Below, in pieces: positions 1-9,411 of a DNA stretch of 25,203 nucleotides (positions are counted from its first letter, which is position 1; each line of letters starts with the position of its first letter). Below the pieces are notes generated by a model. It saw only the letters and a program-made list of their open reading frames with translations. It was not told where the DNA came from and ran no database searches. The stretch comes from Promethearchaeia archaeon (lineage in GTDB: Archaea; Asgardarchaeota; Lokiarchaeia; Sigyniarchaeales; SOKP01), in NCBI GenBank assembly GCA_046497275.1, contig JAWOFX010000006.1, forward strand, positions 1 through 25,203. The letters run 5' to 3'. The position numbers and the translations under genes were made by a program.

Positions 1-156
1 TATTTTTCCTAATATCTATACCGCTATTTTTAATTGTGAAAGAAACATTAGAAATAGAAAAATAATTAAAAAATTCTTTTTTTTTATTTATATTAATTTT
101 TCAAACGACATATTTCATAGATTCTTTAATAAAATGGAAATTAAAATTTGTTTGAT

Positions 157-1170
157 TTATCTTCTCTGCGATTCAACGATTATTTTAATCCATTCTTCCC
201 TGTTATAATAGTTAAACGCATCGATAGCTTCTTCAAGTGTAATTCTCTTAGTAATTAAACTTTCAAGATCTAATTTTCCAGAGGCAATCATATCAAGTGC
301 TTCATCCCAATAATCCTTTTCTGCTTTGGAATTTACCATTGCTTCAGGATAAATTAACTCAACTCCTTTTTTTCTGCAATTGACATAAGGAATATACTGC
401 ATTTTTTGAGCACCAAATACTACAACACGATATCCTGGCCTCACTAAGTCTATTGCATCTAATAATGTATCATTCAAACCAACCATCTCAAAGACTGCAT
501 GTGGTGTTCCAAATTCTTTCTTTATCTGATCAACAACGGTATAATTCCCATGAGTAGAACGAGAGAAATCATTGGGATTATAAGTCTCAGCACCCCATTT
601 TTCAGCCAACTTCCTTTTATGATGATATGGTTCCGAAGCAGCTACTTCAATCCCATTATTTAATAAAATTTGTGTTAATATTAATCCAATTGGACCTAAA
701 CCGAAAACAACCGCCTTAGGATTCATTGGTATTCGTTCAAATTCAGCTCGTTCAAAACAATTAATTGCACACCCCACGGCATCAGCAAATGAAATTTCAT
801 CCATTGTCATATCATTTCTTACAATAGGGAGTGCTCCAGTTTTCTCATCTTTTCCATGTCCTATGACATTTACATATGTTGAATATTCTGCATAGCCTTG
901 TCCCATCCGAGCTAAATGATCTCCCTCATGAATCCATTCTACATTCTTACCTACTTCTACAGCAATAGCGCCAGTTTCATGACCATGCCCTCCAGGTTCA
1001 TTAGCTTCTATCCAATGCCCCCCTTCAAAAATACCCACATCACTGCCGCATATTCCTACTGAAATTATTTTTGCTAGAACATCATTAGGACCGCATTTAG
1101 GAACCGGAACTTCTATTAATTCAACCTTCCAAGGTTCGGGAAAGACTAATGCCCTCATTTTTTCCTTCAT
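157..1170 (-). CDS. Zn-dependent medium-chain (sugar/polyol-type) dehydrogenase, 337 aa
   Basis: Catalytic Zn motifs GICGSD and GHE; Rossmann motif GLGPIG with an acidic residue after beta2 (EPY), which suggests NAD(H). The structural-Zn CxxCxxC lobe is absent. Substrate unknown. Confidence 0.9.
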   Translation of the reverse strand: MKEKMRALVFPEPWKVELIEVPVPKCGPNDVLAKIISVGICGSDVGIFEGGHWIEANEPGGHGHETGAIAVEVGKNVEWIHEGDHLARMGQGYAEYSTYVNVIGHGKDEKTGALPIVRNDMTMDEISFADAVGCAINCFERAEFERIPMNPKAVVFGLGPIGLILTQILLNNGIEVAASEPYHHKRKLAEKWGAETYNPNDFSRSTHGNYTVVDQIKKEFGTPHAVFEMVGLNDTLLDAIDLVRPGYRVVVFGAQKMQYIPYVNCRKKGVELIYPEAMVNSKAEKDYWDEALDMIASGKLDLESLITKRITLEEAIDAFNYYNREEWIKIIVESQRR

Positions 1171-1215
1171 AACATAACCTCAAATTAAATAAGATAAAAA
1201 AATAAAAATAATTAA

Positions 1216-4008
1216 TTATCTGCCCTTAATCCCATCAATTAGGAGTCTCAACATGATTTTAAGACTTAAATCCAATGGTTTGGGTTTAACTTTCCCATGT
1301 TTTTCTGGATCATAATCCTCATTCACTTCTCGAACCCATTCAAGATAAGATATATTTAATAGATCTTCTATATCAAATTCTTTTATTAATTTCTTAGCTA
1401 TTTCATTATAAATTGAAAAATTATCTACAATACGAGATTTTTCTCTATTCCCAATAATTATCAATGGAGGGAATGCAAAATGATCAGCAAAATTTTGAAC
1501 TTCATCTGGAGGTTTATCTCCTGAATAAGGTGATAATACCAGTTCAAATGATATTTTTTGACCGCTGAATGTAGGAGCTGTAGAATGATATGTTCCAAAA
1601 AGTTGAGGAATTATTTTTTGAGCATGTCTGGAACCTTCAGACCAATAATTAAAATGTTCTCCATAATAAGTACCAAAAGGGTTAATTCTAATTTGTTGCC
1701 CTCTGAGATGAGTATCTCCAAAACCCTTATCTTTGAGTTTTATGGGAGAGAAAGCAAAATTAGCGGCCTTTAAAGCGTTAAATCCAATTAATAATCCTTT
1801 CTTCTTATTTGTTATAGCCATCCAGCCATCTGAGATATTTGCAACCATACATCCAATGTCAGAATTCTTAGCATCAACTAGTTTCATATCACAATCAAAA
1901 TGAGAAACATATCCCATAAAATTCTTTTTCCAAATTCTTAAAGGAGTTTCTAAACCGATAATATTAGGTTTAATTTCACAGGGCATTACCTCTCGCCATC
2001 GCTCGTCCCAGGGATCTTCAACAAATGAGGTTCCATCTTCACTGCATCTTTCACCTTTAATATCACATAAATTCATTTTAACATCAACGAAGATTTTATC
2101 TAAATTCGAATATAATGTAATATTTTTCTCTACGTGAACTAATGCACCCTCTATTATTTCAAATTTAGAGATAAGTTTGATTTTTGCTGAAAAACCATCA
2201 TTTCCATCTCGTAAAACAACAATTTCGTTTTCATTTGATGAATATCTTTTAGCTTTCTTAGGATCTCCGAAAACTACTGCAGAATCAAGAAAATTCTTAC
2301 AAGCAAATTCCTCATTCTTAAATTGTAATGAATTTAATCTTCCCTCTTCATCAAAAAGTATCGTGATAAATTCATTGGATATCTCTTTTTTGCTTGCTCG
2401 TAATTTATTTGTTTTTGAAGCTTGTTTCTGCTCTTGGAAATTTAAATTTATTTGATATAAATTTTGGTCAGAAAAAGCTGAAGAGTTAATAATTGCCTCG
2501 AATATAAATTCAGATTTTTCATTTTGTTGGTATAGAGAAAAGCTAATATTATCTTTTATTGAAAGGGTTTTTGCTTGATTAGCGATTATTTGGTTAATTT
2601 GTTCTGGAAGAGGTGTTTTTATAAATATCGGAGTATTTATACTTAATTTTTCCCTCTTAGAGATACCACGATCTATTATAGGAATAATAGTTAGGAGAAG
2701 ATCATTCTCTCGCACATTGCTATAGATTTTTGCCAGAGAATTTTCTATTGCAATTTGGAGAGCTTTATTAGCCGCAAAATGAGAACGAATTGCATAATTC
2801 ATAGCAGTCTTTCGTCGATGTGGATGTTGGAATGGCATAGACATACCAAAATTAGTAGTAGAGGCAAAGAGTATCTGGTTTTTAATATAAGTATCTGCAA
2901 CATCGTTCTTATCATGAATAAATCTATTTATTTCTTTATCTTCTTTAGTTAAATAATTTGATTTTAAGGTATCAGTAATACATTTAAACCATCGTGCTCT
3001 TTGTCCAATAGTCCAAAAGCGAGTATTATTATATTTCTGAGCCCAATTATAAAAACCATTCCAATTCCCGTCAGCAGCATCTTGTTTAAGAATAGTTCTA
3101 CCATAAACCTTCATTTTTGGAATAACATCAATTAAATTGCCAAATTCAACGTAATCGTAAGCATCGACAATTTCAGCAAATTCATCCAATCCCTGTGTAT
3201 TAGGCATCCAACTTAAAAATTTAGGTAAATTAATTCCAATCCAATTGTCATAATCCATATCAAAATTAAGAAATAGAAGTGCATGTCCTTCAATTAAATT
3301 CTTCTTTTGATAAATTCTAATCTTCTCAAACCATTTTTTCAAAGAATAATAATCAAGGATATCACCAAATCCATACATTGGAATCATCAACATAGATGCA
3401 TCTGAGACCGCAGATTGAAATTCAACTAATCCATATCTTTGGTTCGCATCCAATCTTGGATTTAGAAAGGGGCGCCCCACATCAAAAGGATAAACTGAAT
3501 AATAAATCCCTATTCCCTCTACCCCTAATTTATTATATTGCTCGATCATCCCTTGAGTAAACATGGTTTCTTGAGTTCTTGCATAGGGAACCACTCGATC
3601 GCCAAATAACTGATTCACCCCCATTCCCATAGTATTTTCTAAAAACCATTTATGTTGTATTTCAAATTGTTCTGTATCCAAAATTGGTTGTGCCACATTT
3701 CCCCATGATCCAATTAAAACTTCATCTTTTCCTGCTTTACATCGTTTAATAACTCTTTGAAGGACGTCTGGTTGAAATTCTTGTTGTAATTGAATTGACC
3801 AAAAGGTATCTGCATAGTCCCAAGTGAGACGTAATTCTCCATTACAAAGCCCTTGGTTTTCAATTTCATCTATTTTATCAAGAATTGCTTTCATAAGTTT
3901 CATATCTTTTCCAAACCCTGTTGGTCCTCGACTATCACCTCGATAGGAATGATAATAATTTATATGGGGCGAAATTACAAAGTATATCTTTTTCTCTTCT
4001 ATATCCAA
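1216..4008 (-). CDS. Large glycoside hydrolase-like protein, 930 aa (GH57/GH38-type N-terminal barrel plus C-terminal beta-sandwich)
   Basis: Long open ORF with TTG start behind a GTGAGG SD-like motif. N-terminal PHINYYH, IGSWGNVAQPIL, ARTQETMF and FLNFDMDYDNW resemble GH57 conserved regions (HxH, nucleophile Glu, acid/base Asp). The C-terminal third is beta-rich (ISNEFITILFDEEGRLNSL), like the GH38-C supersandwich. The family call is an inference. Confidence 0.6.
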   Translation of the reverse strand: MDIEEKKIYFVISPHINYYHSYRGDSRGPTGFGKDMKLMKAILDKIDEIENQGLCNGELRLTWDYADTFWSIQLQQEFQPDVLQRVIKRCKAGKDEVLIGSWGNVAQPILDTEQFEIQHKWFLENTMGMGVNQLFGDRVVPYARTQETMFTQGMIEQYNKLGVEGIGIYYSVYPFDVGRPFLNPRLDANQRYGLVEFQSAVSDASMLMIPMYGFGDILDYYSLKKWFEKIRIYQKKNLIEGHALLFLNFDMDYDNWIGINLPKFLSWMPNTQGLDEFAEIVDAYDYVEFGNLIDVIPKMKVYGRTILKQDAADGNWNGFYNWAQKYNNTRFWTIGQRARWFKCITDTLKSNYLTKEDKEINRFIHDKNDVADTYIKNQILFASTTNFGMSMPFQHPHRRKTAMNYAIRSHFAANKALQIAIENSLAKIYSNVRENDLLLTIIPIIDRGISKREKLSINTPIFIKTPLPEQINQIIANQAKTLSIKDNISFSLYQQNEKSEFIFEAIINSSAFSDQNLYQINLNFQEQKQASKTNKLRASKKEISNEFITILFDEEGRLNSLQFKNEEFACKNFLDSAVVFGDPKKAKRYSSNENEIVVLRDGNDGFSAKIKLISKFEIIEGALVHVEKNITLYSNLDKIFVDVKMNLCDIKGERCSEDGTSFVEDPWDERWREVMPCEIKPNIIGLETPLRIWKKNFMGYVSHFDCDMKLVDAKNSDIGCMVANISDGWMAITNKKKGLLIGFNALKAANFAFSPIKLKDKGFGDTHLRGQQIRINPFGTYYGEHFNYWSEGSRHAQKIIPQLFGTYHSTAPTFSGQKISFELVLSPYSGDKPPDEVQNFADHFAFPPLIIIGNREKSRIVDNFSIYNEIAKKLIKEFDIEDLLNISYLEWVREVNEDYDPEKHGKVKPKPLDLSLKIMLRLLIDGIKGR

Positions 4009-4164
4009 AATTCCTCACTAAATCTTTTCTCTAAATTATAAAAATTAGTGATTGGGGGGTTAAAAAAGTTAAGAGCATTACAACTTTGACAATAAAGAAA
4101 GGATTCTCACGAATTAAAAATATTATTTAAATTATAAATAATATAAATATAATCTAAAAATAAA

Positions 4165-5316
4165 CTACTTGTCTTCTAAATTATCTTCTATTCTTTCTTC
4201 TTCAGTTTCGTCAAATTCTTCTTGTTTTTCGCTATATTCTTGTACTTTTTTCATAACCGAATCTTCAGTATCTTGCGGGCTGGGCATGGGCATCTTTTCA
4301 TATAGTTCGATATATTTAACATCATCAACTTGATCCGAAATATATGTCTGTAAATCATTAGCAAGTCCAAATTTGAGGTAAGTAAGATTTTGGAATAGAT
4401 ACATTTTAGGAATTGTTATCTCAACAGTTTTATCTTTTTCATCATATTTTATTACAAAATCTTCAATATTATCAGGTGGAATTCCTTTATTTTGCATAAA
4501 ATATTTAATCTTTTCATCAAAATCTTCAATCTTATCTAAAATCTCAATATTATAATCAACATTTTGACCGGCAAGAGGGTGATTATAATCAACTAAAACT
4601 TTCCCTTGAACGATATTTCGAACTCTTCCCCTTTGAGCCCCTTGCTGTGTTCTTCTTGTAAATTCTTGACCTATTTCTGGAGCTTTTCCGTTATTCATTC
4701 TTCGAAATTTTGCTATTCCTATCCTGTCAATTTTATTAGGATCCCTCTTTCCAAATGCTTTCTCAGGAGGTATTCTTACAGACTTCTTTTCGAAATAATT
4801 CATATTTTCAACCGTTTGCATAAGACCTTCATTTAAAAAGCCAGGTTTTCCAACCACTACAAATTCTGGAGTATATTGGCCTTGTTTTGCCTCTTGTTCA
4901 TCATAAATTCCTACCTTTTTAGCATCTTCTTCAGAAGAGACTCGGAAAACATTTCCCCTCCGTGTTTTTCCAGTAATTTTAACTAATATGAAATCTCCTT
5001 GTTCTATCTCTTTCCCTTCTAACCTTTTTCTTTTTTCTTCTTGTTTTTTTACCTGCTCTTCAATTTCTTTCTCTTCTTCTTCAGTTAAGGTTGGTTCTTC
5101 CACTTCGGATTTTTGTTCTTTTTCTGGCTTTTTCCCTAACATTAATTTTGCTTCTTCAACAAATTTAGTCGCGCTAGCTTTTCCAATACCCTCAATCTTA
5201 GTTAATTCATCTACATTTGAGTCAGCTAGGTCTTCAACTGACTTAATACCTGCTTTTTTTAGATTTTTGACGGTTTTCTTTCCACAACCTTTGACATCTT
5301 CTAATTTAAAACTCAT
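4165..5316 (-). CDS. slyD: Long-type FKBP peptidyl-prolyl isomerase (SlyD-like) with N-terminal tandem helix-hairpin-helix domain, 383 aa
   Basis: FKBP motifs GDFILVKITG, EGLM...M, IPPEKAFGKRD and VDYNHPLAG, followed by an archaeal long-FKBP C-terminal domain and an acidic tail. The N-terminus carries HhH motifs LEDVKGCGKKT and LTKIEGIGKAS. Confidence 0.88.
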   Translation of the reverse strand: MSFKLEDVKGCGKKTVKNLKKAGIKSVEDLADSNVDELTKIEGIGKASATKFVEEAKLMLGKKPEKEQKSEVEEPTLTEEEEKEIEEQVKKQEEKRKRLEGKEIEQGDFILVKITGKTRRGNVFRVSSEEDAKKVGIYDEQEAKQGQYTPEFVVVGKPGFLNEGLMQTVENMNYFEKKSVRIPPEKAFGKRDPNKIDRIGIAKFRRMNNGKAPEIGQEFTRRTQQGAQRGRVRNIVQGKVLVDYNHPLAGQNVDYNIEILDKIEDFDEKIKYFMQNKGIPPDNIEDFVIKYDEKDKTVEITIPKMYLFQNLTYLKFGLANDLQTYISDQVDDVKYIELYEKMPMPSPQDTEDSVMKKVQEYSEKQEEFDETEEERIEDNLEDK

Positions 5317-5455
5317 TTGAATTCATTCCTACAATTTTTATTATCGAAAATCAATTATTTAAAACAATTTACCATAATTTCTAAATTTTACTTTTTGTGA
5401 AAGTAATAATGAAAAATTAATTGGATATTTACAGCTTAAAATTAAATTAATTGAC

Positions 5456-6568
5456 TTATGAAACAGGTTTCCATAAAATCTCTAATTCATCAGCATAATT
5501 TTTAACATCAAGCATCTCCTCAGAGGTTGGACGACGATTTATTTCATCAAATTTATATGCATGATATTCTGGACGATACTGTCCCATAATGTTCACCACA
5601 CAGTTAGGAATTTCATCCGCCACATAATCTAAAATTGGTTTGGAGCAACATTCAACATGGTTAGGCATGACTAAATGTCTAATTATGATCTCTCCGCTTC
5701 CTTCATCATGAATTCGTTTAAGATTCCTTGTTAAAATATCATAATATCTCTCTATTCCAGAATATTTTTGAGCACATTCATTATTACCATATTTGAAATC
5801 TGGAAGCCAGAAATCCATAAAATCAATTATCAAAGAGAGTGCTTTATTCGAAAGAAAAAAATTAGAATTCCAAAGTTGGCAGATATTGCTATTCTGAAAT
5901 TGCAAGCTGGCTATGATTGTGTGAAGATTGGGGATAGGATCTCCTCCAACATAATTTATATTGAGCGCTCCTTCCTTCGCTAGTTGCTCTGCTGTATCAG
6001 CAAGGTCTTGAGGCTCTGCTTCTCGTGCAACTTCGGAAATATCTCTTTTCCCTTTCCATGCTTGAGAGATATCATAATTTTGACAGAATACGCAACCAAA
6101 ATTACATCCTTGAAAAAAAATAGTACCTGATGGTACTAATACACTCTCTTCTCCATAATGCAGAAAAGCAGATGTGATATACGATTTTTCTGGTACTAAA
6201 CAAAATCCTTTTTCGCCATTTATTCGGTTAACTTCACATCTTCGCTCACAAAAAATACAGCTTTCAAGATATTTATACGCTAAAGTACTAGCTAAACTAA
6301 TTAAATTTTTTTCTTGAAACTTTCGTAGTTCTAATTCTTTTTCACTTTCTATTATCAGATCATTGAATTCATCGGATTTTTGCTTCATAATTTGTTCTAA
6401 TTCTTCAATTGTATCATCTTGCTTAAATTCACATTGTAAGGTTTTTGCGATTAAAAATCTTGCAGTTTGTTTTCCATCGATTATATCTCGATATCTAGAA
6501 AAGCGTTTCCTAATTTCTGATATTTTCCACGCTGAAGATGCATCCGGCCGCAGAAATCTAAAAGACAT
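5456..6568 (-). CDS. pflX: Radical SAM protein, PflX family (pyruvate formate-lyase activating enzyme-like), 370 aa
   Basis: CxxxCxxC motif FFQGCNFGCVFCQNYDISQ; N-terminal CIFCERRC; HYGEE..LVPSGTIFF, NINYVGGDP, RHLVMP and NIMGQYRP are typical of PflX. Confidence 0.9.
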   Translation of the reverse strand: MSFRFLRPDASSAWKISEIRKRFSRYRDIIDGKQTARFLIAKTLQCEFKQDDTIEELEQIMKQKSDEFNDLIIESEKELELRKFQEKNLISLASTLAYKYLESCIFCERRCEVNRINGEKGFCLVPEKSYITSAFLHYGEESVLVPSGTIFFQGCNFGCVFCQNYDISQAWKGKRDISEVAREAEPQDLADTAEQLAKEGALNINYVGGDPIPNLHTIIASLQFQNSNICQLWNSNFFLSNKALSLIIDFMDFWLPDFKYGNNECAQKYSGIERYYDILTRNLKRIHDEGSGEIIIRHLVMPNHVECCSKPILDYVADEIPNCVVNIMGQYRPEYHAYKFDEINRRPTSEEMLDVKNYADELEILWKPVS

Positions 6569-6681
6569 ATTATTTAGTAATTCATCAACAATATATAATT
6601 AATTCGTTTAATATTTTAAATATAAAATAAGAACTAAACCAATAAGATCATTAAATGTATGTCTATAATGAGTATTATGTC

Positions 6682-7407
6682 TTAGATTTCAAAACAAAGC
6701 CATCGAATTACATTTGTGAAGAACTTCAAATTATCTCCAGCATCTAAACCGAAGTCGTTATCTTCAAGCATAAATTCTGAAGATCCAATGGAAAATGCTC
6801 TTCCATTATAAAAATCACTAGTAGCACATACGGGAACGGGGCCCACTAAATCAATTGTATCATCGCTCAAATATTTAAATTCCGCTTTTTCAGAGGTCAT
6901 TATTATATCTTCTGCATCCTCTGTAAGACTTAAGAAAGTGCAGTGAGGTAAAATTAATTCAGTTACTCCTTTTGTAATTGGATGTGTGTATAAGTCCGTA
7001 AAAAGAAGATTATGTTTTTTTACATGAAAATTTTCCTTTGACTCATAAATCACACCATTCCAAAATCTTCGTACTCCTGTGATCTTATAGAGTACTCGAA
7101 TAGATCCTTGTTTCATTGGTATATCAAGATCTCCTCCTTTTCCCGTTGAAAGGAAAAGACCTCCTCCTTCACCAACAAATCTTTTTATTGCCTTTAGTTC
7201 TTCAGGAGTAAATTTATCTTTTTTTTTATCTTCAGTATGTTTTATATACCCAATGAATAAGACATCATAGTCTTCTAATTTCCCGAATTCAATTGGACCT
7301 TCATTTTTATCTAAATAATCTATTTCATAGAGATCCTCACCTAAAGAAAACTCGGGAAATTCAATCTTTTCATTTTTAGTGAGATCAACTAAAATTCGGT
7401 AAGACAT
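6682..7407 (-). CDS. Stand-alone GIFT-domain protein (IFT52/GldG/DUF4350, class I GATase-like fold), 241 aa
   Basis: KFTPEELKAIKRFVGEGGGLFLSTGKGGD, HPITKGV..LILP, GRAFSIGSSEF and DNLKFFTNVIRWL match the GIFT-domain pattern. No catalytic GATase Cys elbow is evident. Confidence 0.75.
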   Translation of the reverse strand: MSYRILVDLTKNEKIEFPEFSLGEDLYEIDYLDKNEGPIEFGKLEDYDVLFIGYIKHTEDKKKDKFTPEELKAIKRFVGEGGGLFLSTGKGGDLDIPMKQGSIRVLYKITGVRRFWNGVIYESKENFHVKKHNLLFTDLYTHPITKGVTELILPHCTFLSLTEDAEDIIMTSEKAEFKYLSDDTIDLVGPVPVCATSDFYNGRAFSIGSSEFMLEDNDFGLDAGDNLKFFTNVIRWLCFEI

Positions 7408-7623
7408 AGTAATCGATGATTTGTATTTTTCTAATGTATGTTTATTTAAAGAAATTATCTACTTATTAAATTACTATAATTAAGATTTTTAAACTTTATT
7501 CATTAAGTTTTTAAAACTTTAATATCATAATTATTTCCGAATATAGTATTATTAAAGAGAATATAAATCATTGCTTCCTAATAATCAGAAGGTTTAAAAA
7601 GTATAATATGAAGAAAAACTTTA

Positions 7624-8355
7624 TTATTTATCGATCGGGAAGAATTCTCGTTCTGCGGGACCGCTTTCCTTTATGACTACAATATCCACTCCGTTCCCTG
7701 AAGCTATGTCTCTTTTAATTGAGGATTTTACTGCTACTTTTACTATTTCCTTACCTTCTTCTGCAGATAAATCATCCTTATATTTAGCTTCTAATACTCC
7801 ATAAGAATAATTTTGACCGCTGCCAACAGCACAAAATTTTTCTGGTAATCTAGACCCATAAGCGCCAATATTTAATACAATGGGTCCTTCTTTTTTGGTG
7901 ACTCCTCCTAAAATTAACCCAACTTCATATGGAGTAAGTTTATTTCTATATAAAATATTTGAAAGAAGCTGAGCGGCTGACTTCACAGGAATAGTTTTTT
8001 GTCTTTCCATCTTATAAAGAGAGGCGTAAGCACGTAATAAATCCACTAATTGTTGAGCATCAGCCACACCACCTGCAGTTGTCATATATAAATGTGGTTG
8101 AATTTCGTAGACTTTTTCACTTGTTTTACTAGCAATAAAATATGCCATTGTTGCCCGTTTATCAGTTCCTAACACAACAACATCTTTACAAGCAAGACCC
8201 ACCGTAGTTGTGCCAGATTTAAAGGTTTTATTATTTTTATGTAAACGAAATTTTTGATTATGTGGTAATTTTTGAAAATTCGTTTCGGAATTCTTCAGAA
8301 CTTCTTCATATTTCATATTTTCATAAATTAATAAATGGTTTAATAACTTTTTCAT
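7624..8355 (-). CDS. psmB: Proteasome endopeptidase complex subunit beta, catalytically intact
   Basis: Propeptide ends KSG|TTTVG. Counting from the mature N-terminus, Thr1, Asp17 and Lys33 are present, as are GSG and RDIASG. The true start may be the second Met (MKYEEV). Confidence 0.97.
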   Translation of the reverse strand: MKKLLNHLLIYENMKYEEVLKNSETNFQKLPHNQKFRLHKNNKTFKSGTTTVGLACKDVVVLGTDKRATMAYFIASKTSEKVYEIQPHLYMTTAGGVADAQQLVDLLRAYASLYKMERQKTIPVKSAAQLLSNILYRNKLTPYEVGLILGGVTKKEGPIVLNIGAYGSRLPEKFCAVGSGQNYSYGVLEAKYKDDLSAEEGKEIVKVAVKSSIKRDIASGNGVDIVVIKESGPAEREFFPIDK

Positions 8356-8477
8356 AATTTTTTATAAAAGAGAATAGGTTTAACTGAATAAAGATGAAGA
8401 ATATATGAGCAATTTTAAATTGTTATTTTTACATTTGAGCGTTTTTTATTACGATTACTATAATTATCAAGTTAACA

Positions 8478-8897
8478 TTAAATTCTTCGGGAGATTCTTG
8501 AAAGAGGATGCCCCTTAGCCTTCATTTCTAACTCATTAAACCATCCAAATGGAGGTCTTAGAATTTCATAACCTCTATTAATTAATAAATCTTCTAATTT
8601 TCTGAGAGCGTTTAAGGCAAATTTAGGAGTGCTTAATTCTGCAAATAAATGTGCAAATGATAATAGAACGATATTTGAAACCTTTAATTGAGAAATGAGT
8701 GATTCAATTTCCTTTTCTGATCTTTTTAAAAAATTTGTATCCGTTTGATCACTTTTCTCAATACTTATGAAAAGGACAAGAACATTTTCTAAGCTCCCTT
8801 CTTTATTTTTAGCCGTTAATTCTTCAAATACATTGGAGCGGCTTCGATCTGTCGTTTGGTATCTAAAATACTCACAATGAAAAGAAAGAAATCTCAT
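8478..8897 (-). CDS. Stand-alone archaeal ThrRS editing-domain protein (DTD-like fold), 139 aa
   Basis: MRFLSFHCEYF, FISIEKSD, FAHL, PFGW and KGHPL motifs of the tRNA-Thr_ED domain. No catalytic or anticodon-binding domain is attached. Confidence 0.88.
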   Translation of the reverse strand: MRFLSFHCEYFRYQTTDRSRSNVFEELTAKNKEGSLENVLVLFISIEKSDQTDTNFLKRSEKEIESLISQLKVSNIVLLSFAHLFAELSTPKFALNALRKLEDLLINRGYEILRPPFGWFNELEMKAKGHPLSRISRRI

Positions 8898-9073
8898 AGA
8901 TAGAATTAAATTAAAGAATTTTTAAAATTTAGGAAAATAAAATATTACAAATATGCATATTCCCCAATCTCTTGAGAAAATGACTGCATTTAACGAATCT
9001 CGATATGGATTAAAAAGATGAGGAACTAAAATTGGATATCTATCAGAAATTCGAATATTTTGATTTCAAATAT

Positions 9074-9262
9074 CTATTTAACTTTAATATTTTTCTTTAT
9101 TGATCGTCTTTTAAGTATTTTTATAAACTCCTCTGTATTCGGAAAAATATAGGCTATATTATCTCCATCATCTTCGATTGTTATTTCTTTATAATACTTC
9201 CCTTTTACTTTCTTATTCAATTCATTAACAATCATAATATAAGAACAACATAATTTACTCAT
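9074..9262 (-). CDS. Small hypothetical protein, 62 aa or a remnant of a longer gene
   Basis: Co-oriented with its neighbours and protein-like in composition. The frame stays open for 39 more codons upstream of the ATG with no start codon, so the 5' end is uncertain. Confidence 0.4.
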   Translation of the reverse strand: MSKLCCSYIMIVNELNKKVKGKYYKEITIEDDGDNIAYIFPNTEEFIKILKRRSIKKNIKVK

Positions 9263-9411
9263 AAATGAAAATAATACAGATGTAATACTATAATAATATC
9301 CTAATTGCCAGAAATTGAATAAACTACTTTGAATTGTAAGATTATCGAATAATAAAAGAAACTTAGTTCTTTGATTTAATCAAAAATAAAAAAAGAAAGT
9401 ATTTAGTATTT

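Noticed and set aside
1558-4041. Short ORFs 1558..1773, 2177..2455, 2755..2952 and 3853..4041
   Set aside because: They lie within or across the 930-aa gene, antisense or out of frame, and have no motifs; these are shadow ORFs.
4606-6602. Plus-strand ORFs 4606..4836, 4988..5320, 5768..5983 and 6363..6602
   Set aside because: Antisense to FKBP and PflX. The S/F-rich composition is the mirror of E/K-rich sense codons.
7479-7520. Imperfect direct repeat and AAGTTTT-T-AAAACTT palindrome upstream of the GIFT gene
   Set aside because: Low-complexity A/T sequence where such palindromes are expected.
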